Source: Octopus vulgaris
Taxonomy: Eukaryota
DNA: 64,000 nucleotides
Reading direction: 5' to 3'
Assembly (NCBI GenBank): GCA_951406725.2
Contig: OX597839.1
Coordinates: 18,228,001-18,292,000, forward strand
The notes below the pieces were generated by a model. That model searched no databases, had not been told where the DNA came from, and saw only the letters and a list, made by a program, of their open reading frames with translations. Positions 28,975 to 41,694 of the stretch are shown piece after piece. A program made the position numbers and the translations under genes. Numbering within the stretch: position 1 is the first letter of the stretch; the number at the start of each line of letters is the position of its first letter.

Positions 28975-29412
28975 ATGGTAATAGTAGTGATTGTAGTAGT
29001 ACTGATTATGGTCATGGTAGTAGTAGAGTTGGTTGTGATTGTAGTGGTGGTAATGATCATGGCTATAGTTGTGGTGATCGCAGCACTAGTATTGGTGGTG
29101 GTGGTAGTCTGAATGCAAGTACCTGGTTGGCAGGTAGGACAAGACAACTGTGGATGATCAAAACACTAAAATCTTATCGATCCTCATAAGGTCAACTGAA
29201 TCAGGGCTGGCCAGGGGTTAAACAACCACAATGATATTATTTAGCAAGGTATGCCAGGAAGAGGTGAGGGGAAAAGGTGTGGGGGTCAGCAAATATGTAA
29301 ACAAAATGACCTCCGCTCCCAATAGTTCACATCCTGTAAGCAAGACAGGAAGGACTGATTGAAGTGATAGCTTCCTGTTTACTTCATCTGATTCTGTCTG
29401 TATAGGTGCCTG

Positions 29413-29456
<44 letters not shown>

Positions 29457-29864
29457 ATATGCATGTAAATATGTGTGTTTTGGAGATGTTCATCTGAATT
29501 TTTTCAGTTTTCATTTATAGCTGCGGGCATGGCTAATGTAGTAAGAAGCTTGCTTCCTAACTACATGGTTCTGGGTTCAGTGGCACCTTGGGCAAATATC
29601 TTCAACTATAGCCTTGGGCCAACCAAGCCTTGTCAGCGTGTTTGGTAAATGGAAACCGAAAAAAGCCTGTCATATATATATAAATTAAATTAGAGATAAA
29701 ACCACTATTAGGCAAATCAATCAGTGAAAAACATAAACCAAAACATAAAAATAAAAATAATTAATATAATATACAAAATATATAAAATTTTAAAATTTAA
29801 ATTATTTAAATTTAAAATTAAAATTATTAATTTATATTTATAAATATATATATATATATATATA

Positions 29865-29909
29865 TTTTTAACACTTTTTGATAGTTATATATATTTAATA
29901 AAAAAAAAA

Positions 29910-29970
<61 letters not shown>

Positions 29971-30022
29971 ATTAAATATTTTTTTTTATTAAATATATAT
30001 AACTATCAAAAAGTGTTAAAAA
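29865..30022. repeat. AT-rich palindrome centred on (TA)n
   Basis: tttttaacactttttgatagttatatatatttaataaaa... (TA)n ...ttttattaaatatatataactatcaaaaagtgttaaaaa. Confidence 0.92.
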
Positions 30023-30067
30023 GTTTAATATAAGATAAAAAGTATATATATATATATATTTATATAT

Positions 30068-30350
30068 ACGTGGTCTGATCAATAAGTTTCTAGACTGTTG
30101 CCATAGTAATGAAGCTAAAGCATGCAAAATGATGCCGCTTGACAGATTGGCCTTGAACTCTGTTGTGCATGTGCACTGAGTATTAAAGTTCTAGTTCACT
30201 TCCGCTGGTTACAGCAGTGCTTGGAAGGAAGGTGTGTAATGTGTGATCATTACATTGACCATGACAGAGCAAGTTGGGCAGAGAATCTGCATCAAATTTT
30301 GTCAAAAGCTTGGCGATACCTGCTCAGAGGCCTATGCAGAGTTGCAAGTG
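30068..30350 (+). mobile_element. Mariner 5' fragment (TIR plus N-terminal HTH)
   Basis: tacgtggtctgatcaataagt terminus and MTEQVGQRICIKFCQKLGDTCSEAYAELQ, typical of a mariner N-terminus. Confidence 0.75.
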
Positions 30351-32448
30351 GCCGAGAACTCGACAGACATGTGTACCCTTATCCTAATTCTCGGGGAAAT
30401 TCAGCATGACACAGAATGTTACAAACTTGGCCCTTTGAGAATTACAGATACTACTTATTTTTGCCAGGTGAGTGGACTGGAGCAATGTGAAGTAAAGTGT
30501 CTTGCTCAAGGGCACAACATGCTGCCAGGAATTGAACTCATGACCTTTTGATCATGAGCCAAATACCCCTAACCACTGAGCCACGCATCTTCACACATCG
30601 TTATTGTACGTATTGAATAAAGACCCCTTCAGTCCTGAATGACCATGGGATTGCACCTAGGAAGTTCCCCTGTAAGGCACATGTCATGGCAAGGTTGTTT
30701 ATGGAAAACCAGCAGTCGCCCATGCATATCAGCCTCCCCTCTCCATCTTTATCTTCCACCTAGCTTTTATAATGTGGAGTAACCATCTATCTCCTCTATA
30801 GCAAGACACCTAAGCTTGTCATGCTATCATATCTTAGCCTCTTAACACCTAGCATAAAGCCACCTCCTTCTCAAAAAACACTCACCCTCCCTATTTAGCG
30901 GAGGTGGTTTTTATTTTCGTTTTCTTTGTCTTGCAAGTTACACGGCAACGTCTCTAGTGCCGGCGTCACAAAAGAAAGCATCCAGTACACGCTTTACTCC
31001 TTTTACTCTTTTACTTGTTTCAGTCATTTGACTGCGGCCATGCTGGAGCACTTCCTTTAGTCGAGCAAATCGACCCCAGGACTTATTCTTTGTAAGCCCA
31101 GTACTTATTCTATTGGTCTCTTTTGCTGAACGCTAAGTGACAGGGACATAAACACACCAGCATCGGTTGTCAAGCAATACTAAAAGGACAAACACTGACA
31201 CACAAACATATACACACTCACACACACATATATATACATATATACGACAAGCTTCTTTCAGTTTCCGTCTACCAAATCCACTCACAAGGCTTTGGTCGGC
31301 CCGAGGCTATAGCAGAAGACACTTGCCCAAGATGCCACGCAGTGGGTCTGAACCCGGGACTATGTGGTTGGTTAGCAAGCTACTTACCACAGAGCCACTC
31401 CTGTAAACTTGTTGGTATTAGGCAGGCTATTCAGCCATAGAAACCGTACCAAGGCTGACATGGGAGCTCAAGGCAGACCTGCAACCCACCAGATCCTGTG
31501 AGACTATCCAGCCCATGCCAACATGGAAAATGAATATTCGTTTCACATTTTTGAAAAAGGCCAATGATTTCAGGTGGTGGGGAGGGTCAATCAATTACAT
31601 TGACCCTAAAAGGATGAAAGGCAAAGTCGACTTCAGCAGACTTTGAACTCACGAACTAAAGACAGAAGAAAAGCCACTAAGCATTTTCCAACTTAGAAAA
31701 TTAATATGGGTTGTGGGAGTGGGTAAGCTGATTACATTGTCCCCAGGGCTCAACTGATACTTGTGTTGTTGACCCTGAAAAGATGAAAAAGCAAAGTCAA
31801 CCTTGCCAGACTTTGAACCCAGAACCTAAAGACCCGACAAAATACCACTAAGCATTTTAGCACAGTATGCTAATGACTCTGCCACTACCAACACCAGCAC
31901 AACCACCAACACCACCACAGCCACCAAAACCACCACAATCGCCAACACCACCACCACAACCCCCCACACCCACTCCCTACCTAAGCCTAATCCATATTAG
32001 AAACAACAGCTGGATATTTCACACAGTCTGGGGAGGATGGGATTTCCGCTTCACTGATTCATTGTGATAAAAAGTCTCAGCTTAAGCAGTCTTTTCTTCT
32101 TCTTCTTCTTCCGCCTCCTCTTCTTCTCCATCAGGTTCCATTACTCCTTCCTCTCTTCCTTTTCCTCCTCCTACACTTTCTTCATCTTCCTCCATTATTT
32201 CTTCCTCTTCATTTTCTGCCTCCTTCTTCCTCTTTCCTCCTCCTCCCTCGTCTTCCTCCTTTCCTCCTCCTCCTCCTTTGTGCCATATATTTTGACTTTT
32301 CCACTCTATGTGGTTCTGGATAATCTGTCTGTAAATGTAGGCGGTGTTCAGATTTGTGAGGGCGATGTTGGTGGTTCTGTTTATGTGCATGTGTTATCTA
32401 GATAATATGCTTATGTTTGTGTATACGTTTGCATGCATAAATAACCTT

Positions 32449-32488
<40 letters not shown>

Positions 32489-32719
32489 AAACTGCTTCTG
32501 TCTATCTTTCTTTCTCTTTCTCCCCTTCCTCCTATATATCACCGCCATCATTTAATGTGTTTTCCGTGCTGGCATGGGTTGGACAGTTTGACAGGATCTC
32601 GCAAGATGCAGGGCTGCATGAGCTCCAACATCGTTTTGGTTTCTGCAGCTGGATGCCTTTTTCTAACCCCAACCACTATAACATATTGCCAACCACTTTA
32701 CAATGTGTGTGTGCATGCA

Positions 32720-32780
32720 TGCACAGACAGACAGACAGATAGATAGATAGATGGTAAGATAGATAGACAGACAGACAGAC

Positions 32781-32860
<80 letters not shown>

Positions 32861-32897
32861 GGTTAGATAGATAGACAGACAGACAGATAGATAGATA
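32720..32897. repeat. (GATA)n/(GACA)n tetranucleotide microsatellite
   Basis: Direct inspection of the sequence. Confidence 0.97.
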
Positions 32898-33510
32898 CTT
32901 CCATTGCGAGCTTATATGCCAGACTATTTTCTTCAGTCAATACAAAGTGATTGCTTATGAGCTTTAAGCTTATAAAATATTATTATTATTGTTTAGAGAA
33001 TTGTAAAAATTAGCACCACTTACCAAATCATCACAGAAAACGCACATGTTTGTTGGTGTGTATGTATGTATATATGTGTATATATATATATATATATAAT
33101 CATCATCATCATCATCGTTTAATGTCCGCTTTCCATGCTAGCATGGGTTGGGCGATTTGACTGAGGTCTGGTGAACCAGATGGCTGCACCAGGCTCCAAT
33201 CTGATCTGGCAGAGTTTCTACAGCTGGATGCCCTTCCTAACGTCAACCATTCTGAGAGTGTAGTGGGTGCTTTTATGTGCCACCGGCACGAGGGCCAGTC
33301 AGGCGGTACTGACAACAACCACGCTTGATTGTTTTTTCACGTGCCACCAGCACAAGTGCCAGTAAGGCGTCGCAGGTAACGATCACACTCGAATGGTGCT
33401 TTTTACGTACCACCGGCACATATATATATATATAGTTGAACAAAAGACAAAGACAGGTGTATTAACAACAAGCAGGTGTATTAGTTTGATGCTCAGGAAA
33501 GTGAGAAAGT

Positions 33511-33546
33511 CTTTTACGTTTCAAGCCTGTGCTCTTCAACAGAAAG
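33511..33546 (-). ncRNA. Variant minimal hammerhead motif (A6->U)
   Basis: Minus strand: CUUU-CUGUUGA-A-GAGC(ACAG)GCUU-GAAA-CG-UA-AAAG, with an ACGU palindromic stem III. Confidence 0.5.
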
Positions 33547-33616
33547 TAATAAGAGAAAATAAACAGAGAGAGAATAAAAAAACTTGTGGATATGTGTGTG
33601 TATATATATATATATA

Positions 33617-33989
33617 TCATTGCTATTATGCAAAAGTGTCGTAAGTCCAAAACGTTGCTTTTTCAGAAAATGAGAAAATAGCTTCACTATTCCATTAGCA
33701 ACAGTTTTAACTTAACAATATTTTTTTGGGTGCATAAAATTGTAACTCCATGCATGTATGATATTTTCAGTCAGAAATATTTTGGCAAAACTGTCTTATG
33801 TGGGACTTGCTACACTTTTGAAAAATGCTAAACCGTTGTACTTCTACACTTTGACAGTTTTCATCTGAAGCAGCTGGAGATACGATAGTTAGACCTAAAG
33901 AACCAGGTATTGCAGGCAAAATTAAATATTGAAAAAAGAATGCATTTGGCCAAATTTGGACATATGACAGTTTAACATAGTAGCAATGA
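33617..33989. mobile_element. MITE in a (TA)n tract
   Basis: TCATTGCTATTATGCAAAAGTGTCGTAAGTCCAAA ... TTTGGACATATGACAGTTTAACATAGTAGCAATGA, imperfect ~35-bp TIRs with TA flanks. Confidence 0.8.
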
Positions 33990-34949
33990 TATATATATAT
34001 GTCCAAGCTCCTCTCAAGTGTTGGGCCTCAGAGGCAATGACCAAGACCTTTGGCATTATGTTGTGCTTGAGAAGAAGATCAATCAAGCTGAGCAAAATCG
34101 CAGTCATGGCAGATACTGGTGTCATGCAAATGGCACCCATGCCGGTGGCACATAAAAGCACCTATTACACTCTCAGAGTGGTTGGCATTAGGAAGGGTAT
34201 CCAGCCGCAGAAAATCATGTCAAATCAGATTGGAGACTAGTGCCAGCCCTTGTCAAACTGCCCAACCCATGCCAGCATGGACAACAAATGTTAAATGATG
34301 ATGATGATGATGATATATAGATAGATAGTTATAGCTATAGATATATTTCAAATTATATCTTCAGCGAGTTAATTTTGGGATTCCTTAACGACAGTGTAAC
34401 CTTCCTCTAATTAAGATATCTTCAGTTTTAAGAGTAGCTCAGTGAGCACCCCTCATTGAGTAATTATTACATCAGAGAATCTGTGAGCTAGGAAACATAT
34501 GTAGCCTGGATTTTACCTGCTTCATTCCCTCAATTTGGATTTTTATTTGCATTCATAGCAACTCAAGTTGCTAACCGTGACCTATAAAAAAATCTTTTCA
34601 GCTTATCAAACTTTGATATGGGAAAAGCCTACAACCTTCACCAATAAATTATTATTGTTCCATCAATGTTGTTTTTTTTTTTATACCTACCACGGACTGC
34701 TTGAAGCTTACAAACTTCCTATAATTAGATCCTTGGATCTTATAATTACATACATACATACAAACAGACAGACATACAGACAGATTAAAAGCACCCAGCA
34801 CACTCTGTAAAATAGTTAGTGTTGGGAAGAGCATCCACTTATAGAAACCATGCCAGATCAGACTGGAGTCTGATGCAGCTCCCCAGCTTGCCATCTCTGG
34901 TCAAACTGACCAACCTATGCCAGCATGGACAATGGGCGCTAAATGATGA

Positions 34950-35006
<57 letters not shown>

Positions 35007-36010
35007 AATAATTAAAATATATGCATACATACATACATATATGTACGTACCTACATCTATATGTATATATACATGCATGCATATATATATATATATATAT
35101 ATATGAGTACAGGGCACCACAAATAAACGTAGAACACAACGAGAAACCAAAACATAAAAACAAACTAGGAAACGGACTTTTTTTAACAACGAAAAAACAG
35201 AGTACAAGAAAAACAATACAAGGAATATTCCCCTTCATCAGCTGCCCCTGGTTAAACTCAGTGCGTGTTTCGAAGGTAAGATATATGGATAGATAGATAA
35301 GATAGATGCGTATGTATATCAGCAGTGGTAGCAGGGTAATAATAATAATATTCTTTTCTACTCTAAGCACAAGGCCTGATATTTTGTGGGAGGAAGCCAG
35401 TTGATTAGATCGACCCCAGTACACAACTGGTACTTAATTTATTGACCCTGAAAGAATGAAAGGCAAAGTCAACCTCGGGAGAATTTGGACTCAGAACGTA
35501 AAGACAGACGAAATACCGCTAACCATTTCACCCAGTGTGCTAACATTTCTGCCAGTTTGCCACCTTGTAATGCTAATTAATCTTAAACGAGCAATGAAAA
35601 CTGCTAAATTTATGGCTGATAATTGGAAGAATTGATAATAAAAAGTTGAATGGCTGTTATATTGTAAATTCAGAATTCATATCTGTATGTGAAATGCCAA
35701 AGATGTCAGGTGGCAGCATAATTATAAGTTAATTTAAATGTAAGTAATTTAGATGTTGAGTTGGTGAGTTAAGATAATGTGTATATCATTAAATATTATT
35801 GGCTTTAATATAATTATATTACGGTGTTCTTAACTTATATAGCTCTAGGTAGGAATAGAATATACACATACACACACACACACACACACATGCCCCATGT
35901 CTCAATCAATTAGTTATTATAATTATGATAAGAAAGTATTTTGTAAGTTTTTGAAATATAGCCAGGTGTATGTATGTGTATATACATACACACACATACA
36001 TACATACATA

Positions 36011-36057
<47 letters not shown>

Positions 36058-36662
36058 GTACATATTGAGTGGTATGTTTACATATATACCTGTGTGTATG
36101 ACAGCTCTACTTCTTTTATTTCTTTACTTGTTTCAGTCCATTAGACTGTGGCCATGCTGGGGCACTGCTTTGCAGAACTTTAGCTGAAAAAAATTGACCC
36201 CAACACCTATTTTTTTTTCTTCTAAGGCCTGCTACTTATTTTATCAGTTTCTTTTGCTGAACTTGTTTACAAGTAAAGTGATACTTCCCAATGTCCAGAC
36301 ATGTTTCTGCACAATATTGGTAGTGAAGGACACTGCTTGCATGACAGTGACACTCATTTACAACCATCATGCAATGTAAAAGACAAGGATACACAGACAC
36401 ACACATTCACACAAAAACACATACATTTACACAAACACACACACACACAAACACATGCATACATTCTCATACAAACACACACACACACATATACAAACAA
36501 ACAAACACACACGCACGCACACGCATAACGTTGTGATGTCGGTCACTTACACACCATGGAAACCAGACAACTGACCCTATGAGTCCCAGGACTCAAGACA
36601 GTTCTTATTTTTTTTTCATAACAGAAGCTAATCTAACCTCATTTCTTTCCGTATATTTCCAG

Positions 36663-36862
36663 AAATTGATGCCCGTGCTCTGCTCAAAGAAGTCATTGCC
36701 CAAGTACACGAAGTCTGCCTACTGATGCAAGGTAGCTTACCGAAATTCAAAGTGCCTGATTGTAATTATAGAGTCAGTGTGTCGGCTATTCGGAACTTCC
36801 GGCGGAAGATGGAAGACCGACACATCGTTCTTCCCGATCTAAATAGTCTTTTTGCCTTAAAA
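36663..36862 (+). CDS. PPM1E/F: PPM1E/F-like phosphatase exon (200 nt), start of PP2C domain
   Basis: tttccag| ... AAA|gtacgt; encodes EIDARALLKEVIAQVHEVC...SAIRNFRRKMEDRHIVLPDLNSLFALK with the PP2C motif RRxMED. Confidence 0.95.
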
Positions 36863-37399
36863 GTACGTAAACGTTTTTTTTTACTTTTTGACTCTGTCTA
36901 TTATTGTTACATATATCACCGTTGTTGTCGGCGTCATCATAAGTATAGTCACGATCAAAAATATAATCATGATCAAAATCATCATCATCATCATCATGAA
37001 CCTCACCATCATTGTTTATGTCATCGTCACCACTATTCTCATCATCATCATTAACATCATCATTATAATTATCTCAACATTGTCATCAATACCACCATTT
37101 TGATCATCATCACCATTATACCCTTCGCCACCATCATCCCCATCACCACCACTGTCCCTATTCACCATCATCATCCTCATCATTACCATTGCCACCATCA
37201 CCATCATCTCCATCACTACCATTGCCACTATCATCCCCATCATCACTGTTGTTCCCATCACTGCCATTGTCCCCCCTCACTGCCATCACTACCATTGCTT
37301 CCATCATCCCCATCACTTCCATCGCCCCATCACTACTATCACTACTATTGCCTCAATCACTACCTTCAAAACCACTGCCACCATCGTCCCCATCACCAC

Positions 37400-37845
37400 C
37401 ACCATCGTCCCATCCTCACCACCATCGTCCCATCCTCACCCCATCAGCCCATCCTCACCACCATCGTCCCATCCTCACCACCACTGTCCCATCCTCACCT
37501 CCATGTCTCATCCTCACCACCATCATCCCATCCTCACCACCATCGTACCATCCTCACCACCACTGTCCCATCCTCACCTCCATGTCTCATCCTCACCACC
37601 ATCATCCCATCCTCACCACCATCGTACCATCCTCACCACCACTGTCCCATCCTCACCTCCATGTCTCATCCTCACCACCATCATCCCATCCTCACCACCA
37701 TCGTACCATCCTCACCACCACTGTCCCATCCTCACCTCCATGTCTCATCCTCACCACCATCATCCCATCCTCACCACCATCGTACCATCCTCACCACCAT
37801 CGTACCATCCTCACCACCACTGTCCCATCCTCACCACCACCACCA
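37400..37845. repeat. Higher-order minisatellite: 79-bp unit built from ~20-bp ccatcctcacc subunits
   Basis: catgtctcatcc recurs at 37502, 37581, 37660 and ~37739. Confidence 0.9.
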
Positions 37846-37873
37846 TCTGATCTTGTATTTTTATTTGTTGCAG

Positions 37874-38062
37874 GGTTACCCTAACCAGTCCTACTATGCT
37901 GTTTATGATGGTCACTCTGGTGTGGAGGCAGCTGTTTATACAATGACCCATCTGCACTGCAACATGGTTCACAACCCATATTTCTCCTCCGATGCCCCAT
38001 GTGCCCTTAAATACAGTTACAAACTCACCGACAAACATTTCCTGGAAAAATCTAAACGAGAG
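37874..38062 (+). CDS. PPM1E/F: PPM1E/F-like phosphatase exon (189 nt)
   Basis: ttgcag| GYPNQSYYAVYDGHSGVEAA...TDKHFLEKSKRE |gtaaaa; DGHxG metal-binding motif; phase 0/0. Confidence 0.95.
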
Positions 38063-39290
38063 GTAAAATATATTTTTTTTACTTGTTTTAGTCATTTGAC
38101 TGCAGCCATAAAGGGTTTTTCGTCGAAGAAGTCAACCCTAGGATTTATTCTTTGTAAAGCCTAGTGTTTATTCTATTGGACTCTTTTGCTGAACTGCTAA
38201 GTTACAGGGACATAAACACACCAGCATCGGTTGTCAAACAATGGCAGGGGTAACATACACATAGACATATATATATATATATATACTCTTTTACTTGTTT
38301 CAGTCATTTGACTGCGGCCATGCTGGAGCACCGCCTTTAGCCGAGCAAATCAACCCCGGGACTTATTCTTTGTAAGCCTAGTACTTATTCTATCGGTCTC
38401 CTTTGTCGAACCGCTAAGTTACGGGGATGTAAACACACCAGTATCAGTTGTCAAGCGATGTTGGGGGAACGAACACAGACACACAAACATGTACACACAC
38501 ATACATATATAAGACGGGCTTCTTTCAGTTTCCATCTACCAAATCCACTCACAAGGCTTTGGTCAGCTCGAGGCTATAGTCGAAGACACTTGACCAAAGT
38601 GTCACGCAGTGGGACTGAACCCGGAACTATGTGGTTGGTAAGCAAGCTACTTAACACACAGCCACTCCTGCACCTACATATATATATATATACAACGGGC
38701 TTCTTTCAGTTTCCATCTACCAAATCCACTCACAAGGTTTTGGTCGGCTTGAGGCTATAGTAGAAGACACTTGTCCAAGGGGCCATGAAGTGGGACTGAA
38801 CCTGGAACCATGTGTGTGTGTAAAAGAAATGTGTACCATATCTGATGTCATGTAAGATATGCTTTTTGTCTCAAAAAATCATCCCAGATCCTATATGCGA
38901 AGTTGGGCCTCCCATAAGGTTTACTGTGGAGGACGGGTGAGTGAGCAGAAGGGAGAGGGAGTGACATCATGAAGGGACCAGAAGAGTGAAGGATAACAAG
39001 AGGTCATGTCAGGAAGCAACAGGTTAAAGATGGCCTCCTGCTTATGGGGTCTGTGGCAGGGTCAAGTGTGCAGGGAGTGGTTGTAGTGTAATAGCTGTGA
39101 GGCTGGTTTTCCTCGTGATCTGACACATGGAGGGATTGCCGCCAATTGTAATTTGAGGTAAGAGCAACTTTAATTTGTGCCTTACAATAACATCTACTGC
39201 ACGAAAGACTCTTGAAAATGCACTGCTAAAATTGGGGTGGGTCTAATATGCTTGCGTATATCTATTATGCCATCAAATACAGTGTGTGTG

Positions 39291-39349
<59 letters not shown>

Positions 39350-39866
39350 GAGCAAGTGGGATGTATATATGAAGAGTGATTTAGAGAGAAAGAGAGCAAT
39401 TCTTACGTTCTAACATCAGTTTTATTGTTCTAAATTTGTTTGTATGTCAACCTGATTGTGTGGGTGTGTATATATGAGGGTACAACTGTTTAGACAACAT
39501 GTGTATATATATATACATCACGTGACCGACCAGACCATCAGATGTTGTTACACATCGCTGGTCACAATGCGCTTCGCATTGTTTTTTTAGCCTTCGAATG
39601 ACGCCACCCCGCTGGCTAAGCGAGCAGGCCAACAGAAGAAAGAGAGAAAGAGCGGTGAAAGAGTACAGCAGGGATCACCACCATTCCCTGCCGGAGCCTC
39701 GTGGAGCTTTCAGGTGTTTTCGCTCAATAAACACACACAACGCCCGGTCTGGGAATCGAAACCGCGATCCTATGACCGCGAGTCCGCTGCCCTAACCACT
39801 GGGCCACTGCGCCTCCATATATATATACATATCATATAAAATCAAAAACAGAACACAAAGGATGTA

Positions 39867-39957
39867 GCGGTACACGTGTTTCAAGCTTTATAAACGACCT
39901 GTTCTTTCATCAGTGTATAATAGATATAAAAGATGGTTTAAAGCTCTCTTCAGCCGC
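39867..39957 (-). ncRNA. Type I minimal hammerhead ribozyme motif, intact core
   Basis: Minus strand: GCGG-CUGAAGA-GAGCUUUA-(48 nt)-UAAAGCUU-GAAA-CACGUG-UA-CCGC. Stem I GCGG/CCGC, 8-bp stem II, palindromic stem III ACACGUGU, GUA cleavage triplet. Confidence 0.75.
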
Positions 39958-41446
39958 ATGCATTGTTATTCCAAAGAGTTACATCACACTATGAAAAATA
40001 TAAAGTAAATATAGTATTATCCATAATAATAGGTATATCACATCTCCCTGAGAAAGTGTATTTGTAAAATTTCACAATCAAATAGGCGTGTAGGGTATCA
40101 TTGGATTTCGAAAATATATATATATGAGGATGTATATATGTATGAATGTGTGTGTATTTCCATAATTCTGTAGGTTTTTTTTTACCCGATTCTATGTTTC
40201 CACTTGATACCAGATGTGTCTTGCTTTTGATTATCCCTGAATAATATCAGTAGGGTGAAGCAAGACTATGAGTTGTGGTGTTGTATACAGGACCCTCTGA
40301 AGGTACTTGCAACTCAGACAGTTACCCAAGATGTCATGTGTTTGGAGGCACCATATTATATCATGGGATTGCACCTAGAAAGTTACCCTCCAAGGTACAT
40401 GTCCAGGCAAGGTTGTTTTTATGGAACACCAGCAATCACCCATGCATACAAGCCGCCCTTCTCCAAGCCAACAGTGTTGTCCAAGGGAAAGATAAAGGCT
40501 GATACAGCTTGGCACCAGCTGAGTGAACTGGAGCAACATGAAATAAAATGTCTTGCTCAAGAACACGACACACAACCCGGTACGAGAATCGAACTGACAA
40601 CTCCGTGCTTGTAAGCCCTACACACTAACCACTGAGCCGTGTGTGATAAGGAGTGTTCTGCACAGTTTCTGTTAAACAAAGCAAACTTCACTCACAAGTC
40701 ATTGGCCATCCATCGGTCAGCTATAGCAGAAGACACTTCCCACATTTGCTTACTTGCTACTACACACTCACATCCAGCTCAAACCCAAAGCCACATGCTT
40801 AACATGTGCTTATTATTAATCTCACTTGTTATATTTATCTAAGTAACGACACATTCTAGACACACTAAAAGCAATACTTAATAAATTATCGCTGTCCACA
40901 TATAATCTTCTGAATAACTTGGTTATGCTGTCCCAGTTTTTTACTTCTTATTTTTATTCTAACATCAGCAGTTTTGCATGTCTTAACATATTTAGGACTG
41001 CAGACATTAAAAATATTGCTGGAATTAATTATAACTTTTATTTTTGCTCTCTCACTTCTTTCAGTCATTAGACTGCAGCCATACTGGGGCATTCCCTTTG
41101 AGTGGTTTAGAGCAGTGGTTCTCAACTCTTTTTTGCCTATGGCCCTTTTTCTGATACCTATTTTACTCTACTGGACCCGTATAGTTATTCAATGTTTAAA
41201 AAACAACTTTTCGGTGATTTGTTGCCGTTTTTGTTGTTAAAATAGGTGTTTTTGCTTTACATATCATCATCATCATCATCATCGTTTAACGTCCACATTC
41301 CATGCTAGCATGGGTTGGACGAATGACTGAGGGCTAGTGAACCAGATGGCTGCACCAGGCTTCAATCTTGATCTGGCAGAGTTTCTACAGCTGGATGCCC
41401 TTCCTAACGCCAACCACTCCAAGTGTAGTGGGTGCTTTTACGTGCC

Positions 41447-41504
<58 letters not shown>

Positions 41505-41694
41505 GGTAATGGTCTCAATAAGACCCAAAGGTGTCAGGTAATGCTGAGTAAGTGCTATGGACAGACTATAGTTAAGCTCCAGGTTCGGTGATTATGCGAA
41601 TGCGGAGTCCAACGTAGTTCATATATAAAAAAAATTTTCAGAATGAGATAAAAATCCAAGGCTCTGAAAGATTTAGAACATTTATAAATAGAAG

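Noticed and set aside
37100-37873. His/Pro/Ser-rich N-terminal part of the 354-aa ORF
   Set aside because: It is an intronic minisatellite; the real exon begins after ttgcag at 37874, in phase with the upstream exon.
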